A stretch of DNA of 64,000 nucleotides from positions 89,363,304-89,427,303 of the forward strand of contig NC_052151.1 in NCBI RefSeq assembly GCF_902713615.1. Direction: 5' to 3'. Made by a program: the position numbers and the translations under genes. Origin of the DNA: Scyliorhinus canicula. Taxonomy: Eukaryota. Of this stretch, positions 12,455 to 25,330 are shown piece after piece (position 1 is the stretch's first letter; each line of letters opens with the position of its first letter). The notes below the pieces were generated by a model. That model had not been told where the DNA came from and made no database searches. It saw only the letters and a program-made list of their open reading frames with translations.

Positions 12455-14085
12455 AAAAGATGAAAATGCTGGAAAAGCACAGCAGGTCTGGCAGTCTGCA
12501 TCTTGTTCTCATGTTTTTGCTTTGAGACAGCGCTGACCCCTTTCCTGCTATGAACATATTCTGAAATTTTTCTTTCAGGCAGTGCTGACCTTTATTCTGC
12601 TATTAATACTCACACAGGACCAAAGCTTTAGGGCAAGATATACCGGCCGCACTGTGCCCAAACAGCGACGCGGCTGGTATATGCTAGGAGATCTTTCTTT
12701 CGGGATCTATCCAGCTCGCCAAGAGCAAGAGTTAACGCGACCTGGCGCGACTTCTCCATTTCAATCTGAATCATTGTGGGTGGGATCATTATCTGGCAAA
12801 TCTGCAAATTAGAGTGAGACAGGTAGTCTCGAGCCCCCAGAATCCCCAACTCACCTATAAGGGGGTTCTCGCCCCCCCCCCCCCCCCCCCCCCTCCCCCA
12901 ATGCCCCATTGCACATGGCTAGGGCACCTCCAGGCCAGATCCCCATTGCAAGAAAATGCCAGCTTGGCACTGTTAGCCTGGCACCCTGTCAGCACCCCGA
13001 GCAGCTGGAAGGACACTGCAAAGGTGCCAGGCTGAGACCAAACCCCTTTGCCATGGAGACCTCAGGCGAGCGCAGTTCAGCACTGCTCCCCACAAACGGA
13101 GGCTAGACAGAACGGCACTTGGGGGTCACCCAGGAGACCTCGCAGGCACCAGGCTGGTGCCTCCCAGGCACCTTGACAGTGCCAGCCTGGCACCTTGGCA
13201 GTGCAGCCTGAGTGCCTGGCATTGCCAAGGTCCTGCTGGCACTGCAATCTGTTGGGGCACTGCCAGGGTGGCATTTTTCCCGATAGCGATCAGGCCCTGG
13301 GGTGCCCTGCCTGGGCGAGGTGAAGTGCAGGGGGTATCCGAGGACCCCCTTATAGGTGAGTTGGAGCTTTGGGGGTCAGTTCAGGGGTTGTGTTGGGGAG
13401 ACCGAGAGATTGGGATGCCATTTAAAAATGGTATCACGATTTCTGCCTGCACTGAGGAATTTGGCGAGTGGAGCTTGTCAGTGCAAGAAACGGGACTAAG
13501 TGCAGCCTCGCCGGGTCCTTCCCCACTGAGGCCCCGAATTGCAACAACATCTCAATAGAACTGTGAGCACCAGGAAATATCCAGCTAAGCGGCTCGTCGC
13601 GGGACTCTGTTGCAATTTGGTTAGATTGCGTCTTTAGTCTTTAATGTTATCAGTACCGTTACCTATGTCTTGTGTTCCACGACATCATTGTTGTTAATCA
13701 CTCCTGCCCCTCAACCTATGCTGATCTTCTATTTTACAACACCTGCCCCTCCCCCTTTTTCAACAGCATAAAACCCATCATATTTCTACCTCCCTCCAGT
13801 TCCGACCAAGAGCCCTATTGGACTCGAAACGTTAACTCTGGGTGGGATTTTCCACGTGAAGGCGGCTTGCTATTGGTGGTGGCAGGATCTTCTGATTCCA
13901 CTGTCGCCGCCAAAAATCCCACAACGGAGGGGCGCTGTCAGTGGGACCGGAAGATCCTGCCAGCGTGAGTGCCCGGAAAGTTCCGGCCACTGTTTCTCTC
14001 TCCACAGATGCTGTCCGACCTGCTGAGCTTTTCCAGCATTTTCTGTCTTTATTTCAGATTTCCAGTATCGGCAGTATTTTGCTTG
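12455..14085. mobile_element. Penelope-like element terminal (pLTR) remnant, interrupted by two MITEs
   Basis: Inverted copies AAAATGCTGGAAAAGCACAGCAGGTC (12472) and GACCTGCTGAGCTTTTCCAGCATTTT (14017); GACTCGAAACGTTAAC hammerhead-like motif. Confidence 0.6.
12631..13632. mobile_element. Non-autonomous Harbinger element
   Basis: GGGCAAGATAT...AGATTGCGTC termini flanked by TTA on both sides (3-bp TWA TSD). Confidence 0.7.
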
Positions 14086-15266
14086 TATGTGCAGGGTTAA
14101 GGGGAAAAGGCTGGAGAACGGGGGGATGCAGGCACAGTCCTGCTTCTGCACAATCCTGTGATTCTGTGACAGCAGTGAACACCCCATGAACTCAATCACT
14201 AGCAAAAAGCAGGAGTCAGAAGGAGTCAATTTCCAAACACTGAAATGACAACTGTGTCGGAATATTTAGTGGGGTTACTCTGAATGAGGTCATTCTTTAA
14301 TGTGCTTTTTTGCGTCACAGGTGTTTGTGTTCGTACAAGATGGCAGCTGGAAGCAGTTGCAACATGCAGTTTGACTGACTTTATTATTTTCCCATTTAAC
14401 TTGCTAGCAGCTTTATGGGTAGAAATTTGCAGATTGGTAGTTGTCAGAATTCTTTAAACTGTTAGTTATTGTACCTGTTTGCTTAATGTTCTTGTGCAAA
14501 TTACTGCACAATTTGATTTGTTGCTATTCTATGGGTATGATATCAGCCAATCAGATGCTAGTCTGACATATATTTTGCATTTGAAAAATGCCCAAGTGTG
14601 ACTGACCAAGATTTAAAAATAAAGAATGCTAAACCTTTTAAACAATTAGCCATTGAAACTGATGTTGCAATGTACAAAAGGACGAAAAGTAGAGTTTCAG
14701 GTTTCTCAGTCATCACCTTTTGTACCCCATTTTGCAGATTGCAAAGTGATCAAGCTGTCCTGCTGTTGCTAACGTGAAGACCCTTGGTGTGTTTGATCAG
14801 CTGCTTTTTAGTCAATTGTGCTAATGACACTCAGTAAATACATCCGTTACAGGGTGGGTCATTTTCTTTGAATGTTACGACAGGCCAACACTGAACTACA
14901 AACTGAAAACTCAACCGGTACAAATTTGTCTACTTTTGATTTACTTGACCGGACTGAGGCTATTTTCCTTTCACCGTTTAAACAGGTAGCAGCCTGCTAT
15001 AGTAATTCCTTCTATCCGAAATGAGTACAGAGTTCTGCGGTGGAATTCACCATTCCTGACACTAAGTGTTGACCCTGACGCAGGATTTGTGGACTTCTAC
15101 GAAACCAACTTGGCGCCTCACCTGGACCAATTCAGCGACCGATGAGGAGCTAGCAATTCCAATGAGAAATGGTGCCGGATTCGCCGGATTTGCAAATGAC
15201 ACTCAGGAAGCTGACAAGCTGCAGCTGCATACACACTTCACTCCTCACACACACCATCCCAACAAG

Positions 15267-15870
15267 ATGGCAGCGAGGAGAGCGGCACTCCATTTTACAG
15301 ACGCCGAACTCGAAACCCTGCTGGACACCGTGGAGGAGAGGTGTGGAGGAGAGGCTGCCAACCGCCGCCGTTTGTCATGCCTGGGCACAGGTGGCAGAGA
15401 CTGAAAGTGCCACTAGCAACACAGTACGGACCAGCCAGCAGTGCCAGAGGAAGCTGCACAACCTACTCAGGTGGCCAGGGTGAGTGGGCAGCGTTTTGCC
15501 CCATGGGACCAACAACTGCCGCACACACCCATAGCCCCACAACCCCCACCTGGAGGGAGGCCGAACCCCCACCCTGCACCCATACGTGGCCATTGAAGCC
15601 ACCAGCTACCCACTCCCTGGGCTGTATGTGTCGGATTGTCTAACACTGAGCATTTTCTGTTTTCCACACCTTGCCCGCCCCTCCCCTTCCCACCACTACC
15701 CCTCTGCGGCCCCAGGAGAAGGCCGCCCATAACCTCCAGGAGCGGGAAAAGACTGGAGGCTGACTGCAGCCCCACACTGTAGAGCAGAAGACACTGGACA
15801 TGGTTGGCGTGCCTGAATAAAGGGCAGTCAATGGGGTGGAGATCGGCGTCAGGGAAGGAAGTGAGACCCT
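15267..15870 (+). pseudogene. Harbinger Myb/SANT DNA-binding gene, exons 1-2
   Basis: MAARRAALHFTDAELETLLDTVEER...AWAQVA...RTSQQCQRKLHNLLR; donor GTGAGT at 15480; acceptor CAG at about 15715, then EKAAHNLQEREKTGG; frameshifted. Confidence 0.75.
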
Positions 15871-15902
15871 GCTGAGTTGCGGTTCTCCGTGATATGTATG
15901 TC

Positions 15903-15937
<35 letters not shown>

Positions 15938-16285
15938 ATGAAGTATCCCAGGGACCATCGGGCACACCGAAAGAGGAAAAGGCATGGAACCCATTCTGGT
16001 GACTCCCGGAGGGGAGGTGCCAGAACACCTCAGCACCTCAGACTTCACCAGCCCCCCCCCCCCCCCCCACCCCCACCCCCAACACTGGTCGAGACAGCAG
16101 CAGGCCTCCAGGATTGGCAGTGCCAGGTGGCAGAGGAGCCTCCAGGGATAGCTCGGCTTGCATCCGCGTCCCATGAAGTATCCCAGGGACCATCGGGCAC
16201 ACCGAAAGAGGAAAAGGCATGGAACCCATTCTGGTGACTCCCGGAGGGGAGGTGCCAGAACACCTCAGCACCTCAGACTTCACCA

Positions 16286-16316
<31 letters not shown>

Positions 16317-16685
16317 CCCCGCCATCCCTGGCACATCTGTTGTGCAGTGGGCAGCACCATGCCACCTAGGACACCCGAGCAGCAGCCGGAACCATCCAGG
16401 CCCGGTCATCCCAGAAGACGCCCGTCAACAGGGACCGAGGGTCACAGCCGGCTGCCTGCACTCCTGAGGTTCCACCTACTCATAGCAAGGCCAGAAAAGT
16501 AGATGGCGGTTAAGTGGGCATGGGTGCCGGGCACAGTTTAGTGATATGGGCTAGGGCACATATCTGTATATATGTTTTCACACTTAAACACCTATGCACA
16601 ATGTTACAACCTGCCTTGGGGCTCTGTCAGAAGTGTGCGAAGGGTGGGCTGGTGGGCTAGCCTGGGCTGGCTGCAGAGGGAGCAT

Positions 16686-16717
<32 letters not shown>

Positions 16718-17044
16718 GGAATGAACGGCCGTTGGAAATTGGCTTGGTTCAGGCACCACAGTTCAACCAGTGCTCGCCGCTCTAGTGTCCCAACCCATTG
16801 CACCACCCCCTGCTCCCCCATCCCCCCTATCCCTATCGTCCCCACCTCCGCCACCCCAGGGATTCAATGGCACCATGTGATGGAATAGCCAGCTCGCATA
16901 GAGGGGTCACCCAGGTAGACAGCGGAAAGTGCTACCGTGGGCAGGTGTCAGACATTGTAGAACAATGCGAAGCACCAGAGCTCATTGCTCCATCCCATGA
17001 TCCATACCCGCTGATAGAGCCAACCCAGGGCCCACACCCCGTAG

Positions 17045-17243
17045 TATGGCAGGTATGTATCACTGATGGGGCCCGCAGTTTAACCAATCACTGTTTGTCG
17101 ATATACCATTTGTTAATGTACTCTATCAATTATTCTTTTTTTTGTCTACTATGGGCGTATTGTGTACGTTTCCTTGGCTGCAGAAAAATACTTTTCACTG
17201 TACTTTGGTACCTATGACAATAAATCAAATCAAATCAAATCAA
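17045..17243 (+). mobile_element. Rex1/Babar-type LINE 3' UTR
   Basis: TACTTTTCACTGTAC...ATGACAATAAA followed by a (ATCAA)n tail; similar to the element at 6255. Confidence 0.65.
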
Positions 17244-17262
17244 AGTGGGGATGTGGTCAGCT

Positions 17263-17402
17263 ATAAGACCATAAGACATAGGAGCAGAATTAGGCCACTT
17301 GGCCCATTGAGTCTACTCCGCCATTCAAGCATGGCTGATATTTCCTCATCTCCATTCTCCTGCCTTCTCCCCATAACCGCTGATCCCCTTATTAATCAAG
17401 AA
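17263..17402 (-). mobile_element. CR1 3' tail
   Basis: (ATAAGAC)n tail; nearly identical to 5441-5580. Confidence 0.85.
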
Positions 17403-17469
17403 GGCCGGGGAAAGGAGTGGGTGGGATGTGGTGTCTGTGCCCCTGGCCAGAACCCCCCTGCCCAGTTGG

Positions 17470-17830
17470 TTAACGGGAGGCGATCTGAGTGTCCTGCGCA
17501 CATTGGCCCGGGCACATTTCCTTCCCATCATCACCCTCACCCACAGCCTCCTTATCGGACAAGGCCTGGCATTCATCCTCCTCCTCCAGAACAATGTGGG
17601 CGACTCTCCCAGTGCCATACTGGAGGGCCCCTCCACAACGGTCCAGGCACCTGAACCGCATCTTCAGGATGCCGAAGCTCCACTCGATCATACTCCTGGT
17701 CGCTTCATGGGCATCACTGGAGCGAGTCTCCACGTCAGTCTGTGGCCTCCAAATAGGCTTCAACAGCCACGGCCTCAGTGAATAATCCTTGTCACCCAGG
17801 AGCCAACATCCAGCCAGAGGGGCGTACAGT
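17470..17830 (-). pseudogene. Harbinger (HARBI1-like) DDE transposase C-terminal fragment
   Basis: WLLGDKDYSLRPWLLKP...HEATRSMIEWSFGILKMRFRCLD. Confidence 0.9.
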
Positions 17831-20800
17831 TGGAGAGGGGGTGGTATGGCGGAGGGTGTGGTGTGGGGTTGCTGGGGTGTGAGAATGGGGGCCAGCCCAA
17901 CTGGGGTGCCCCAATCCCCCCCACCACCCAAGGGAACACTTTGGATGAGAGCTCCAAGGATGCCACCATCGATACATCATGGCTGTCAACCCCACCCTCC
18001 ACCAACACAAAAACACACACCTCGGTGCGCGAACATAGAGGACAGGCTTCTTAGGCACAATCTGGTGCGCACCACAGAGTTCCAGATACACATCAGGTGG
18101 AGGCAGAAGCACCCCGGGAAGGCAACATAGAGGTCTGCTTGATCTCAGTTGAGTCTCAGTCCGATGCTGAGCCTCTGAAACAGGTTATCCCAAAGATTAT
18201 ACAATCGATTCAGAGGGATGTCTGCAACACTCCAATGGGTCCACAGCTGATTGGAGGAGTCCCAAAGGCTACGGGCACAGGTGCTTGCATCGGCAATGCA
18301 TGGCAATAAGGCCAACACTGCTAGGGTGGTGACTGCAGTATAGATCCTGGAGCACGATGCCACCACCATGAGGGGTGGTGTCCATGGCATAGCTCAGTCA
18401 GTGCCAGCCATGGCTGAGCACCTCGACAGCATGTCTAAGTCAGTGGGGGACTGATGCAGATGGACCACGCCGAGGTGCTGCTGAGAATGTGCCAATCTCA
18501 AGTGAGCGTTGCCAAGGCACTCCAGATCATGTCCCAGTCACTCAGGACCTCGTCCCAGATGCAGGCACTGCAGAGCATGGCCTACTCACAGAGGGGCATA
18601 ACTGAGGGCATTGACATCATGGTGCAGACATTGAGGAGCCGTCAGGGTTGGCAGAGCCAGGTGACTCTGGAGCATCCGGAGCTCAATCCAGCTGCCCCTC
18701 CTGCCTGAGGTGACCTCATGGCCCAACGGGCACCGATTGGGAGGCGGGAGTGCTAGAAGCCAACCCGGTGCCTCCCAACGGGATGATGACAGCGGTCACC
18801 AGCTCTCCTAAGTCCACCCCCCTGACAACGGCGTGTCTCGGTGTCACCGTGTGGAACAGGGTGGCACACCAAGACGTGTGCCTCCGCCAAGTTGGATGGA
18901 GCTCTCCAGCTTCAGGTCCTCCACAGGACGCCTGCCATGGGCATCAAAAGACACAGAGTGCGGTAAGCAGCTGGCTGCCCCACCTTGATGTGCATCCTGG
19001 GAAACACCTAAATATAGCGGCAGAGCACGCAGGGCTAAGCAGATAGAGGATCACTGAGTGGGTACTGCGGGCAGTGCCATCGGGATCTGGGACAGTTGGG
19101 ATCTCAATTATACAACATTAAAATGCGTTACACCCGATATATGTGAAGCCCTAGTCACGTTATTCCACAGTGCGGGCCAGCCTGCATCTCCCTCCCCCAA
19201 TTGCCCTACCCCGGCCTCAGGTCCCGAGTCCCAGCTAGTAGACCTGCAAGGCATACCATGTGCAGGTGATTGGTGTAAGCGTGCATTCAGCAGACAGACA
19301 GGAGTCAGACTATGGCATAGACTGAGGAGCAGTACAGCTCAGAGCGGGCTACCATCGCCCTCTTGCCTTGTATATTGACCAGCTGACAGTGCTGACACAG
19401 GCCCATCAACTTGAATTGACGTGACACAGACTCTTACCCTGGAGGTGGAACAGGGTGATGGAGTGGGGTGGGGGGTAGATATGATGGACGAATACATGTC
19501 CTATAACAAGTGGGTGAGTGTGGGGGGTCTCCCAGATCCTCTGGGCATGCGGACCCTCGCTGCTGCCTGTTCTCCATCCTCCCGCTGGCCCCCCTCCCGG
19601 ATTCTTCCAGAGCTCATCCTCCAGCCCTTCCTCGTCTGGCCCTTCCTCGTCCTCCTCGGAGGTGGCTGCAAGTTCCTCCTCCCCTACCTCCAACACTTTG
19701 TCCACTGCTGTGCCAGATTGTGGAGGGCACAGCAGACCAGCTCATTTGGGAGCTGTGAGGTGCTCACATTGCTTGAATTACAAATTTCCCATTAGCAATA
19801 GCCTTCAACTTGCAGCCAGCAGCCACCATGATCATTGCGGGTTAAAGTGACCTTCACCATATTACCACAGAAGGAGCTCTGTCATGGGGGCATTCAGTGT
19901 GACAGACAGGCAGCAGCTGATCCATGATCCAGGGGAGGTATGGCAGACCAGTGGGCGCTGAGCCACATTGCCCCCTCATCCCCCTCAGCCCAGGGATAAC
20001 TCACCCTCCCACAATGGCGGTCCATTCCACCCAACCGAGCCTCCATCCAACCGAGCCTCCACCCCTTCTCCCCAAGCACTGGGGCAGCGGCCTCAGCTCC
20101 GTGCCCCATGGCTGACTGCCTGATTTCGAAGATTGCTACTCATCTCCTCCAAACCCCACAGCAGCCACTGCGCGAGCGTCACATTTTTTAAAAGATGTAC
20201 TAAACGGCGCCCGCGTGTCCGCTCTTTGGGGTGACGATTAGATTATGGGAGGCCACTCAATAGGGCATCCTTCCCATTAATGGGATGGAGATTGGTCTTA
20301 ATTGGTGATTATTGGTTTGTCGCCATGTCACAGCGGGATATCCGATCTCGCTGACGGGAGCGGGCCATTTAGATTGGAAACCGGCGTGGTTCTTGATTTC
20401 AGCTTCTCCCGCTATCTAACTAGCTCGCTCCTATTCACACCCAGTGCAACGCAGCTGATAAATCATGGCCTCCATCTAATTATGACATGTGAAGCTGGAA
20501 ACATCGTGTGAACTTACCTGTTAAAATTGTCTGGCTCCAAAGCAGCATTGCCCCATGTTTCCTGACCCATCTGGCATGATGTGGTTCACACAAGCTTCAG
20601 ACACCTCTCCCCCCCCCCCCCCCCCCCCCCCCCATCCCCCCCACCCCCGCCATCTCTAACTCAAAGGATGCTAAATGGCAGTCCCAATGTTCATTTTCAT
20701 GCATTTGGGGTCACAACCCACCACAATTCACATTCTGGCCAAATGGCAGCCGGGGGAATGCAGTCCCTATTTCAGATTTGTGTTTCCTTTGTCCCCCACC

Positions 20801-20999
20801 TGCATCAAGATGATAATGTCTAGTTCAAAAAAAACTTTGCTCTTCTGTCATCAATCAGTATTCACCAAATGCTTTGCCTCGCTTGCTCCCAGTGGCTTGC
20901 TCAATTATCAAAACTAAAAATGTTTATTTTTTTATTTGCAGATAAACATATGCATCAACCCAGGTTACACCATCAGATTCGTGTATGTAAAATGTACCT

Positions 21000-21480
21000 A
21001 CTTAATACTACTCTTCTTAATGAATTATTCAAACACTTATTTGATATAGTTTCACTTAATCCCTCTGATCCGCAAAATCTATATCGCAGTTTTCTGACAC
21101 TTGCCAAAAAACATCCACCGTTCTCTTCCACAGAAACTAGGTTTCCTTGGTTGATGACATCCACTTACTGACATGAACAGGCCATCTGCTGAAAAGGCAT
21201 ATAGCTATCCCAACTGAAAAGATATTTATTCAATAATGAACAGGAGGTATCTAATATCAGGAATGTCATCGTAGATGTCTGTGCCAATTGCCTAAGCAGT
21301 TCCCATGACTTTTATCCTTGGCAGTTTGGAATTTAACAGGAGGATTATGGATTTTATGGTTATTGGGCACACTGTACTACAAATAAAGTAATGCAGCACA
21401 CATTTGGCATATTAAGAAAGATGTTCAGATGTTTACATTTAACAGGGATCAGATCAGAATACAGCCAAAAATGTCGGAGC
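21000..21480 (+). pseudogene. Ancient AT-rich Harbinger transposase fossil
   Basis: Ordered degenerate motifs: FP, YPN*KD.YS, VDVCA..SSHD, HTFGILRKMFRCL..TG..EYS. Confidence 0.6.
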
Positions 21481-21603
21481 CAAAAACCTTTTCAATCTGT
21501 CGAGGAAGCACAACAGACATGGCCTACTTTGCCTCAGGGCTTAGTTGAAGGGAAAATTTTACCTCTATTGGGGAAAAGAAAATAGTTTTAAGGGATTTAT
21601 ATT

Positions 21604-23556
21604 TGTAATGGTAAACATTGGAAATAAGATGTAATTTTAAGTGGGTTTAATTTAATGTTTCTGTGCCTACAGTTAGATTCATGCTGGACAAAGGTGTTTG
21701 TATTTGTGGGGGTTGGTTAATTCCAACTGTGTCTCTATACTGAGAGAGGGTTATGGCATGATGAATAAATAAAAGGCATAAGCATGTGGGTGTTGGTTAG
21801 CAACTGGGGCCTTGCAAGGTAGGGTAGCTTTTAAGTTTCAGTTTAGCTAATTTGATTATAGTTGAAGATAGGCAGTGAGAGAGAAGGCAACTCTCACAGC
21901 TCTGCAGTTGGTTTTAGAAAACTAAAAAGGGAATATCTCACTCAGCTTTGCTAGAAGAAAATTTATTCTATGGAGTAATGGCTGTGAAAAAAGATGTTGG
22001 ACATGTAAAGTCCAGTTAGTTAATGAAACTAGAGAAATGAAGAGACCTTTCTGGAGTTAAGTAAACAGAGATCAAGGTATGGTTCAGAAGAATTAAAAGA
22101 TGAGTAAACAAAGTATTCTGAGTTAAAGAGACAATTACAGTAAGCATATTTTAAATCTTCAAGGCTAAATCAAATCTCTGATACCATTTTAATGCAGTCT
22201 GAGAATCGAGAATTAAAGCAAATGTGAGCAGTTTGCACAACAGTCAAGACAAAGAAATCCTAAAGGGGTTAATGCAAAATCCTTGACTGGATTCGCTGTT
22301 AAAAGTAAACAAAGCTGTGTTTAAAAGTTCCATTTGGAAAAACTGGTCTGCATTTCTAAATGCAAACAGTTAAGGGAAAACATACTTATGAGAGAATATT
22401 TGAAACTGTGTTTTTGAGAGTGAAGTTTGGGAATCCTCACATGACAATCATCTGAGGGGATTCTGAGGATACATCCACAAATATTCACTTGGGGCTCAAG
22501 GTGAAGAGTATATTTGCCCACAGACACCTTGTGTGCTTAAAGGGGACTTTGTGTTCATGACGCTAATGTAGATTAAGGTGTACTTCGTAATTCATTTTAA
22601 TCCTAAAACCTGTGTGTAGTTGCTAAGATAAGGGGAGAGTAAAGCTATATTGTATCTTCATCCATTTTTCTCATGTTAAATTTTTTTAATTTACTTGCTG
22701 TTAAAACTAATTAGTGATCCAATAACTCTGTTCCCCCTTTATTTAAAAAAAGTAAAAGTGGGCGGAATTCTCCGCTCCCGGGAACAATCGGGAGGGCCGT
22801 CGTGAACTCGGCCGAGTTTCACGACGGCCTCGGAGGCTGCTCCTCGCCCCTTATTCTCCCCTCCTGGCGGGGTTAGGAGCGGCGCTCTGTAACTCTCGGC
22901 CGTGGGGGCGTCGCGCCGAGAATGACGCGGCCGGCGCGCCTAATAACATCAGCCACGCATGCGCAGGTTGGCCGGCTCCAACCCGCACATGTGCGGCTGA
23001 CGTCACGACGCTGACGGCTCGAACCTACGCATGCACGGTGGCCGTCTTTCCCCTCAGCCGCCCCGCAAGATGTGGTGGCTTGATCTTGCGGGGCGGCAGA
23101 GGGGAAATAGTGCGTCCGATTGAGACGCCAGCCCGATGATCGGTGGGCACCGATCGCGGGCCTGTCCCCTCCCAAGCACAGTCATGGTGCTCATTCCCCA
23201 CCAGGCCCCCTACAAGCCCCAAACGGGCATCTCTACACCCGTTTCACGATGGCAGCGACCAGGTGTGGTTGCCGCCGTCGTGAAACGGTTGCGAACGGCA
23301 GGCCGCTCGGCCCATCCGGGTCGGAGAATCGCCGTTCGCCGTGAAAAATGGCGAGCGGCGATTCTTCCGAGCGGGGTTGGGGGGGGGGGGAGAATCGCGG
23401 GGGGCGCCAGGGGGGGCGTGAATTTTGTCAGGGGGCCCTCCCGTGATTCTCCCACGCCGCATGGGGAGCGGAGAATCGCGCCCACTATCTTTTGAGCCAG
23501 AGACCCCATTTTGAGATCTTTCCTGTCCACTTGTCACATCAACAGAGTTTATAACA
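21604..23556 (+). mobile_element. Long solo LTR (about 1.2 kb plus an inserted MITE)
   Basis: TGTAA...TAACA ends; homologous copies at 8240-9050 and 47920-48590. No matching TSD seen. Confidence 0.6.
22760..23483. mobile_element. Young CpG-rich Harbinger-like MITE
   Basis: TIRs GGGCGGAATTCTCCGCTCCC / GGGAGCGGAGAATCGCGCCC. Confidence 0.85.
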
Positions 23557-24971
23557 CCTCTCACCAATGCAGGACAATTTCCTCGAGATGCTACCCAATC
23601 TCCCTATAATCCATTTTTTTCTCAGTGCTTTCAATTTACATCATGTCTTACTTGTGAGAAGGCATTAAATATGGAACATTATCTGCTATGTCAAATAATA
23701 TTTCTTTTTGTATTCAGCATTTATCAAAAGAAAAACACTTTTGAGTCATTGAAATGCATCTGTGCATCTCATGGGATCTGCTCTTGGAATTGGACTTAGG
23801 TTTAGTCCACATTGACGGAAAACCATCAGACATGTTTTGTGGTCTCAATCTAATAACTAGTGGAGGCAAAAATTGTGGAAATAAACCACACATACTTCAG
23901 CACTAATTTTTCTCTAAGTGGTCTTTCTTACAAGAAGCATTAGAGTAGTTGGTGTGTGAAATAGAAATATATTGGGGCAGTAAACTATACTCTTCATATA
24001 TTAGGGAAGGTATCCTGTGTGCTTTCCAGAGAGAGAAATATTATTATGATTTCACAAAGTGCATGAGAATTTGTGATACATATTGCTGTGCAGTTGAGGA
24101 AGAGTAGAGACAGCATCAATTTTACAAATAACTGACTGACTCTCTTTTATAGCTCAACATACATCAATATAATGCATTAGAGTGCCATTTCAGTCCTATT
24201 TACGTTACACAAGATTGGCAGATATACATGTCCAACAACACAGGGAGTAAAATAAACAACATCCAAAAAGATGCATAAGTACAATTTTTATCAGCATATC
24301 ATGATAGATATTGGCCTGAGTGACTAGTACTTGCCTGAACTAAGAAGCCAAAGGGTTAATGCAAATTAATCCACGAGTTTACTGCAGATTTAGGGTGAGC
24401 TACCGGCACCTGCCTCACTCAGCTCTGACAAATTTCTCAATGGGGTCATTAAACAGGCAGTAGGTCCCTAATTTACATATTTAAGGGGCCTAATGCCTGC
24501 TTTTGCAGTCTATGTGGGATACCTAAAACAATAGTCCCAGCATTTAGCAATGGGATACTGCTTCCCTAAATTGGGTGTTGTGGTGCCTTGCTCCTTTAAG
24601 GGGTGATCAGCCAATAGGGTCATATTACCTGGAAAAACCAATCAGGGAACTAGGATGGGGGTTCACCCGAACAAACTGGGGCTTTTTCCTCAGATCAATT
24701 CCAGACGCTGACTGACAGCCATTAAGTTGCAAGACTCTGTAAGGTAGTATGTTGTAAATAAACATCAGTTGTTTCAAGCCAAGCTGGTGAGCCAAAGTTA
24801 TTAGATTGGTGATGAGGGTAAAGCAGAGAACATGTGGTCCCAAGACCGTGAGTATAGAAACCAGCGAGGTGAAAGTCAAGTTGCAAAACAAAAGTGTGCT
24901 GCAGGAAAAATGCCTCTAGTCAATAATATAGATCTCTTTGATGCCTTTGAGAATTAGGTATAGTATTATAT

Positions 24972-25330
24972 GGGCAGCACGGTAGCATTGTGGATAGCAC
25001 AATCGCTTCAGAGCTCCAGGGTCCCAGGTTCGATTCCGGCTTGGGTCACTGTCTGTGCGGAGTCTGCACATCCTCCCCGTGTGTGCATGGGTTTCCTCCG
25101 GGTGCTCCGGTTTCCTCCCAAAGTCCAAAGATGTGCAAGTTAGGTGGATTGGACATGATAAAATTGCCCTTAGTGTCCAAAATTGCCCTTAGTGTTGGGT
25201 GGGGTTACTGGGTTATGGGGATAGGGTGGAGGTGTTAACCTTGGGCAGGGTGCTCTTTCCAGGAGCCGATGCAGACTCGATAGGCCGAATGGCCTCCTTC
25301 TGCACTGTAAATTCTATGATCTTCTATGAC
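24972..25330 (+). mobile_element. HE1-like V-SINE
   Basis: GGGCAGCACGGTAGC head, GGTTCGATTCC B box and CR1-type tail. Confidence 0.9.

Larger units (their letters stand above)
15037..20469. mobile_element. Composite of two degenerate autonomous-type Harbinger elements (Myb gene on +, DDE transposase on -)
   Basis: Myb exons at 15267 and 15716; transposase segments at 17470-17830 and 19510-19740 (CALHNLAQQ followed by an acidic tail). Confidence 0.8.

Noticed and set aside
24972-25050. tRNA-like A/B boxes
   Set aside because: They are SINE heads followed by SINE core and tail, not tRNA genes.
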